Shown piece by piece: positions 59,119 through 64,000 of a stretch of 64,000 nt of DNA. The stretch's first letter is position 1. Every line of letters starts with the position of its first letter. The translations under genes and the position numbers were made by a program. The stretch is from Candidatus Zambryskiibacteriota bacterium (GTDB lineage: Bacteria; Patescibacteriota; Minisyncoccia; Phycocordibacterales; WO2-35-19), in NCBI GenBank assembly GCA_963840745.1, contig CAWJAC010000005.1:17615-81614 (forward strand), given 5' to 3'. A model generated the notes under the pieces. It had not been told where the DNA came from. It saw only the letters and a program-made list of their open reading frames with translations, and did no database searches.

Positions 59119-59235
59119 ATGAAAGTAAAAGCTTCAATAAAGAAAATGTGCCCAAAATGTAAGTTAGTTCGCCGAGGAGGCGTTTTGTTTGTGGTTTGCA
59201 AAGCAAATCCGAAACATAAACAAAGACAAGGATAA
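59119..59235 (+). CDS. rpmJ: 50S ribosomal protein L36
   Basis: 38 aa '[38 protein letters not shown]', translated by hand. Absent from the ORF track because it is under 60 aa. Confidence 0.85.
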   Translation: MKVKASIKKMCPKCKLVRRGGVLFVVCKANPKHKQRQG

Positions 59236-59240
59236 AAATT

Positions 59241-59621
59241 ATGAGAATTTTAGGAATTACAATACCAGAGACCAAAAGACTTGAGATAGGGCTAACCACC
59301 CTTTTTGGAGTCGGTAGACCTCAGGCTCATAAAATTTTAGATAAAGCCAAAGTAGATTGGGGAACCACAGCCAAAGAATTGAGTCCGGAAAAAGAAAACG
59401 AAATAAAAAAAATAATAGAAGGCCTAAAAATCGAAGGTGATTTAAAAAGAGAAATTTCCGGAAATATAAAAAGATTAAAAGATATTAAATGTTATAGAGG
59501 CATAAGGCATAACAAGTCACTCCCGGTCAGGGGCCAACGAACAAAAACCAATTCCCGCACCCGAAGGGGTAACACCCGAAAGACCATGGGTACCGGAAGA
59601 AGAGCAGTCGAAAAGAAATAA
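59241..59621 (+). CDS. rpsM: 30S ribosomal protein S13
   Basis: 'RILGITIPETKRLEIGLTTLFGVGR'. Confidence 0.9.
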   Translation: MRILGITIPETKRLEIGLTTLFGVGRPQAHKILDKAKVDWGTTAKELSPEKENEIKKIIEGLKIEGDLKREISGNIKRLKDIKCYRGIRHNKSLPVRGQRTKTNSRTRRGNTRKTMGTGRRAVEKK

Positions 59622-59653
59622 AGGAGGAGTTATAAATACAAACAAAAATTAAA

Positions 59654-60094
59654 ATGGGAAAGAAAAGAATTGTAAAAACGGATGAGGAATCTGCCGAAAA
59701 TAAAAATGACGCAAAAACAAGTGTGTCAGAGGTTTCCAGTAAAAAAAGAGTTGAGGCTGGTATACTTTTTGTGCGATCAACATACAACAATACTGAGCTG
59801 GTACTGACAGACAAGAAAGGCAATGTTATCGCTTTTGAATCAAGCGGCAAGTTGGGATTCAAAGGAGCCAAAAAGGGCACTCCCTTTGCCGCCGCCAAAG
59901 TGGGCGAGGTTTTGGGAACTAAAGCGGTAGCCTTAGGAGTAAAAGAAATTGCGGTTGTAGTCAAAGGAGTCGGTTCAGGCCGGGAATCAGGCATAAGGGG
60001 TTTTATATCAAAAGGCATAAATATAACCTCTATAAAAGATGCCACTCCGGTGCCTCATAACGGCCCCAAACCCAAAAAACCAAGGAGAGTATAA
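59654..60094 (+). CDS. rpsK: 30S ribosomal protein S11
   Basis: 'GILFVRSTYNNTELVLTDKKGNVIAFESSG'. Confidence 0.9.
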   Translation: MGKKRIVKTDEESAENKNDAKTSVSEVSSKKRVEAGILFVRSTYNNTELVLTDKKGNVIAFESSGKLGFKGAKKGTPFAAAKVGEVLGTKAVALGVKEIAVVVKGVGSGRESGIRGFISKGINITSIKDATPVPHNGPKPKKPRRV

Positions 60095-60103
60095 ATAAAA
60101 AAT

Positions 60104-60712
60104 ATGATAATAGGTCCAAAATACAAAATAGCTCGCCGACTCAAGGCTCCAATTTTTGAGAAAACCCAAACTCAAAAATATAGCTTGCGAGAAGAGCGCA
60201 AAAATAAGAAAAAATCTTTTAGCAGGCCAAGGACTGATTTTGGCATTCAATTAAATGAAAAACAAAAAGCCAGAATGTTTTACTGCATTACCGAAAAACA
60301 ATTCGCTAAGTATGTGAATCAGGCCTTGGCCAAAAAAACCAGTTCGCCGTTGGTTAATCTTCTAAAATTTCTGGAGCATCGTTTGGATAATGTGGTTTGG
60401 AGAGCGGGCATTTTGCCAACTCACCTTTCCGCCAGACAAGGCGTTTCGCACGGGCACTTTTTGGTGAATGGTAAAAAAGTTTATGTGCCATCTTATGCGG
60501 TGAGAGAAGGAGACAAAATCAGCATTCGACAAGGGAGCCGGGACAGCAAGCTTTTCAACGAATTGGAAAATAAAATGATAGAAACAAAAACGCCCGACTG
60601 GATGTCTTGGGATAGTAAGACAAAAGAGCTTTCCATAAAAAGCGGATCTTTCGCCGATAAATCTGATTTATTGTTTGATCTCGGTCAAGTCATTGAATAT
60701 TACCAAAGGTAA
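60104..60712 (+). CDS. rpsD: 30S ribosomal protein S4
   Basis: 'GPKYKIARRLKAPIFEKTQ', S4 domain 'RLDNVVWRAG'. Confidence 0.9.
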   Translation: MIIGPKYKIARRLKAPIFEKTQTQKYSLREERKNKKKSFSRPRTDFGIQLNEKQKARMFYCITEKQFAKYVNQALAKKTSSPLVNLLKFLEHRLDNVVWRAGILPTHLSARQGVSHGHFLVNGKKVYVPSYAVREGDKISIRQGSRDSKLFNELENKMIETKTPDWMSWDSKTKELSIKSGSFADKSDLLFDLGQVIEYYQR

Positions 60713-60751
60713 AATATAATAATATTTTGTTTAATCTTAATTTTTAATATT

Positions 60752-61744
60752 ATGACAATGGATAATTTTGATAAAGCGGTCATATTGCCATCGAAACCGA
60801 AGGTGATTTCCGAAGACAATACCAAAGGTGTTTATGAGATCAATGGATTTTATCCGGGTTTTGGCTTTACCATTGGCAACAGCCTGCGACGCATTATTCT
60901 GTCTAGTTTGCCCGGAGCGGCCATCACTTCAATAAAAATAGCCGGCGTTGAACATGAATTTTCTTCTATAAATGGAGTCAAGGAGGACGTAGTGATGATA
61001 ATGATTAATATTAAAAAAATCAGAGTCAAAATGCTCTCAAACGAACCCCAAACTATCACCATAAAAGCCAAAGGAGTAAAAACCGTGACTGCTAAAGACA
61101 TCGAAGCTCCCGGACAAGTGGAAATTATAAATCCGGAACTGGTTATCGCCACCCTCACCGACAAAGATTCGGATCTTAATATAGAAATGACTGTGGAGAA
61201 AGGCCTCGGTTTCGTCACTCGCGACAGCCTCGGTAAAAACAAAGTCGATATTGGCACCATTGTTTTGGATGCAAATTTCACTCCGATCAGGAGAGTTAGT
61301 TATGAGGTTGAAAATATGCGAGTCAGCGACCGCACTGATTTTAATCGGCTGAGAATATTTATTGAAACCGACGGTAGCATCACCCCCAAAGAATCTCTTG
61401 AAAAATCAATCAATATTATGATTGAACAATTGAAAGCCATTACCGGTTTTGAGGAAAAAGATTCTTTGTTAGATGAAAATATTCCAGACGATAATGACAA
61501 AAATTTGAGTGAATCGGCCGACAGCAGAAGCCAAAAAATGGATCCGGAATTCCTGAAAACCCGCATTGAGAATTTGAATCTTTCGGTCAGAACCTTAAAC
61601 GCACTTTCAAGCGCCAACATCAGAACAATCGGCGGCTTAGCCAGAAAGAAAGAAAAAGATATTTTGGAGGTGGAAGGGCTTGGAGCTAAAGGTGTTGCTG
61701 AAATCAAAAGAGTTTTGGCCGACCATGGCATTATCTTAAAATAA
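60752..61744 (+). CDS. rpoA: DNA-directed RNA polymerase subunit alpha
   Basis: 330 aa. NTD 'GFGFTIGNSLRRILLSSLPGAA', CTD 'LNLSVRTLNAL'. Confidence 0.9.
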   Translation: MTMDNFDKAVILPSKPKVISEDNTKGVYEINGFYPGFGFTIGNSLRRIILSSLPGAAITSIKIAGVEHEFSSINGVKEDVVMIMINIKKIRVKMLSNEPQTITIKAKGVKTVTAKDIEAPGQVEIINPELVIATLTDKDSDLNIEMTVEKGLGFVTRDSLGKNKVDIGTIVLDANFTPIRRVSYEVENMRVSDRTDFNRLRIFIETDGSITPKESLEKSINIMIEQLKAITGFEEKDSLLDENIPDDNDKNLSESADSRSQKMDPEFLKTRIENLNLSVRTLNALSSANIRTIGGLARKKEKDILEVEGLGAKGVAEIKRVLADHGIILK

Positions 61745-62095
61745 ATGAGACATCACAACACAAACAGAAAACTTAGTAGGGTGCGCAAAGTGAGAAAGGC
61801 TTTGATTAATTCTCTTGCCAGATCTTTAGTTTTGCATCAGAAAATACAGACCACTGAACCCAAAGCAAAAGAGCTTCGACCTTTCGTTGAAAAACTTATA
61901 ACCAAAGGCAAACTGAAAAACGTTGCTGCCAGAAGAGCAATCAATGAGAAGTTGGGACCAAAAGCCACCAAAATATTGGTTGACACGCTTTCCAAAAAAT
62001 ACGAAAACCGAAATGGGGGATTTACCAGAATCATCAAATCTCAAAGAAGGCCTTCAGATGGCAGCAAAATGGCAATAATAGAGTTTGTAAAGTAA
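61745..62095 (+). CDS. rplQ: 50S ribosomal protein L17
   Basis: 'MRHHNTNRKLSRVRKVRKAL'. Confidence 0.9.
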   Translation: MRHHNTNRKLSRVRKVRKALINSLARSLVLHQKIQTTEPKAKELRPFVEKLITKGKLKNVAARRAINEKLGPKATKILVDTLSKKYENRNGGFTRIIKSQRRPSDGSKMAIIEFVK

Positions 62096-62100
62096 AAAAT

Positions 62101-62445
62101 ATGGAATACACAATAGACGCACAAGGGAAAAAGTTGGGCCGGATCGCTTCTGAAGCGGCGGTTATTTTAATGGGCAAAAACCGAACTGATTTCGTCCGCA
62201 ACGCCATCCCGAATGTAAAATTGAAAATAACAAACTCTTCAAAAATATTCACCACCAACAAAAAAATGCTGCAGAAAGTTTACAAAAACTATTCCGGCTA
62301 TCCGGGAGGGCTGCGGGAGAGAAGCATGAAAAAAGTTGTTCAGGATGGCGGTATGAAAGAAGCTTTGAGAATTGCTGTTAAGGGCATGTTGCCTAAAAAT
62401 AAATTGAGAGATAGGATGATGAAAAATTTAATAATTACCAAATAA
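62101..62445 (+). CDS. rplM: 50S ribosomal protein L13
   Basis: 'IDAQGKKLGRIASEAAVILMGK'. Confidence 0.9.
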   Translation: MEYTIDAQGKKLGRIASEAAVILMGKNRTDFVRNAIPNVKLKITNSSKIFTTNKKMLQKVYKNYSGYPGGLRERSMKKVVQDGGMKEALRIAVKGMLPKNKLRDRMMKNLIITK

Positions 62446-62446
62446 A

Positions 62447-62860
62447 ATGCCAGCCATCAAAGAAAAAACAGTAGAAAAATACACCGAAGCGATCGGTAGA
62501 AGGAAAACATCAACAGCTCGAGTACGCATTACTCCCGCTGCTAAAAACACTTTTAAAATAAACGATCGCGATTTGGCTTCATATTTCCCGACCGAAGAGC
62601 TTCGTAAGATAGTTGAGGAAGCCCAAAATAAAGCAAAGGCCGGCAATTTTAATATTTCGGCACACATTAAGGGCGGGGGAGTTCATTCTCAAGCCGAAGC
62701 TCTACGGCACGGCATAACCAGAGCTCTAGTTAAATACGACGAAACTTTTAAAGCTAAACTTAAGAGCGCCGGTTTCTTAAAGCGAGATCCACGCGCCAAA
62801 GAACGCCGCAAATTCGGCCTCAAAAAAGCCAGGAAGGCACCACAATGGAGCAAGCGATAG
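62447..62860 (+). CDS. rpsI: 30S ribosomal protein S9
   Basis: 'GRRKTSTARV', C-terminal 'KRDPRAKERRKFGLKKARKAPQWSKR'. Confidence 0.9.
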   Translation: MPAIKEKTVEKYTEAIGRRKTSTARVRITPAAKNTFKINDRDLASYFPTEELRKIVEEAQNKAKAGNFNISAHIKGGGVHSQAEALRHGITRALVKYDETFKAKLKSAGFLKRDPRAKERRKFGLKKARKAPQWSKR

Positions 62861-62883
62861 GCAACCTCCCACAATTTTCAACC

Positions 62884-62919
62884 AATCGGCTCATTTCTTA
62901 ACACTTGAGCCGATTTTCG
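62884..62919 (+). terminator. rho-independent terminator after the rplM-rpsI operon
   Basis: 10-bp stem AATCGGCTCA/TGAGCCGATT with a 12-nt loop, followed by TTTCGT. Confidence 0.5.
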
Positions 62920-62957
62920 TGGTAAAATATAAAAAATTATTACTCTAATAAAATTTT

Positions 62958-63359
62958 ATGCTCAAAGAATTCAAACAATTTTTGCTAAGGGGGAACGTGG
63001 TTGATTTGGCGGTCGGTGTTGTCATTGGCGCCGCATTTGGCTCGGTGGTTACGGCTTTGGTGTCAGATATACTAACTCCGCTTATAGCCGCCATAGCCAA
63101 AGTGCCGGACTTTGGCGGATTAATCTTTACCATTAACGGCAGCAAGTTTATGTACGGCCATTTTATAAATGCCGTTATTTCATTTTTGCTTGTGGCTTCC
63201 GCTATATTTTTCTTTGTAATCAAGCCCATAAATGCCCTCATTGCCCGCTCGCATAAAGAGCCTCCGGCCGACCCCACCACCAAAAAATGCCCCGAATGCC
63301 AGAGCGAAATTCCCCTGGGTGCCCGCCGCTGCTCCCACTGCACCCAAGTGGTTGTATAA
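62958..63359 (+). CDS. mscL: large-conductance mechanosensitive channel MscL with C-terminal Cys4 zinc-ribbon extension
   Basis: 'LLRGNVVDLAVGVVIGAAFGSVVTALVSDILTPLI', then C-terminal 'CPECQSEIPLGARRCSHC'. Confidence 0.85.
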   Translation: MLKEFKQFLLRGNVVDLAVGVVIGAAFGSVVTALVSDILTPLIAAIAKVPDFGGLIFTINGSKFMYGHFINAVISFLLVASAIFFFVIKPINALIARSHKEPPADPTTKKCPECQSEIPLGARRCSHCTQVVV

Positions 63360-63376
63360 AATATTAAGATAGGATT

Positions 63377-63967
63377 ATGAAAAAGCGGGTAATAATCATT
63401 GTAACAATCGCGGTTGTTGCCGTATCATTTATTGTTATCAGCAGGAACAAAAAGTCGACACTTTCTCCGGTACCGAATATTAACATAACAAGTATGGAAA
63501 CTTTAAAAATTACGAGCGGTGCATTTGAGGAAAACGGACTCATACCTTCAAAATACACTTGCGACGGCCAGAATATTAATCCGCCGCTTGAAATTGGCGG
63601 CATGCCAAGCGAAGCCAAATCCCTTGCCTTAATTATGTACGACCCGGATATTCCGGAGGCGGCCAAAAAATCTTTGGGCGTTGATATCTTCGTCCACTGG
63701 ATTAAATTTAATATTCCGGCAACCACCACTGCAATAAAAGAGGGGCAAGAGCCCGGCGGCACTCTAGGCAAAGGTGGCAGCGGCAAATTAATTTACGTCG
63801 GCCCTTGTCCACCGGATAGGGAACATCGATACTTTTTCCAAATTTACGCGCTTGACTCAAAGCTTAATCTGCCCGAAGGCTCTAGCAAAGAAGAACTTGA
63901 GCAAGCAATGGAAGGCCACATCTTAGCCTGGGGAGAGTTGGTGGGGAGATATAACAGGACAAAGTGA
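63377..63967 (+). CDS. YbhB/YbcL-family PEBP (Raf kinase inhibitor-like) protein, secreted/membrane-anchored
   Basis: 196 aa. N-terminal TM helix; 'DPDIP', 'HRYFFQIYAL' PEBP motifs. Confidence 0.75.
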   Translation: MKKRVIIIVTIAVVAVSFIVISRNKKSTLSPVPNINITSMETLKITSGAFEENGLIPSKYTCDGQNINPPLEIGGMPSEAKSLALIMYDPDIPEAAKKSLGVDIFVHWIKFNIPATTTAIKEGQEPGGTLGKGGSGKLIYVGPCPPDREHRYFFQIYALDSKLNLPEGSSKEELEQAMEGHILAWGELVGRYNRTK

Positions 63968-64000
63968 TTAATATGTAGTATAATGCAAGTATTATTAATA

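Overview
This is an AT-rich (~38-40% GC), gene-dense window, about 90% of which is coding, with the repertoire typical of a Candidate Phyla Radiation / Patescibacteria (Parcubacteria-like) genome. Supporting signs are DUF5666- and DUF5671-type secreted or membrane proteins, minimal-length tRNA synthetases, and a compact rpmJ-rpsM-rpsK-rpsD-rpoA-rplQ plus rplM-rpsI ribosomal cluster at 59.1-62.9 kb.

The window opens with ddl, dnaX and an orphan MazF/PemK-like toxin, followed by an envelope/lipid cluster (DUF2127, DedA, two GT2 glycosyltransferases, a PAP2_C membrane protein) and a P-type ATPase.

The most striking region is 11.0-17.1 kb. It looks like an integrated mobile element abutting tRNA-Gln(UUG). 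It carries a large serine recombinase, a phiX174/Microviridae-type HUH rolling-circle Rep with no capsid gene, a Type II restriction-modification pair (beta-class N6/N4 methyltransferase plus HNH endonuclease) and a GC-rich (~50%) foreign secreted-protein gene.

A second notable system lies at 24.6-27.5 kb: an extracytosolic flavinylation module. It consists of a secreted FMN_bind protein with an SGAT flavinylation motif, an ApbE flavin transferase, and a membrane protein with an FNR-type FAD/NAD(P)-binding oxidoreductase domain.

Other features are listed below.
- Two ECF sigma / membrane anti-sigma-like / DUF5666 modules, plus a third DUF5666 gene after a MacAB-like ABC efflux system.
- Tandem M14-like peptidase paralogs, one with a His-to-Tyr zinc-ligand substitution.
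- A GC-rich candidate structured ncRNA (~250 nt) with its own promoter and terminator upstream of pgi.
- An MscL with a C-terminal Cys4 zinc ribbon.
- A P1B-type ATPase with CAD in place of CPC.
- A cluster of an ATP-cone/restriction-endonuclease-like protein, a Cas4-like PD-(D/E)XK nuclease and a family-4 UDG.
- Four apparent frameshifted genes, three of them at T7 or (AT)n simple repeats.
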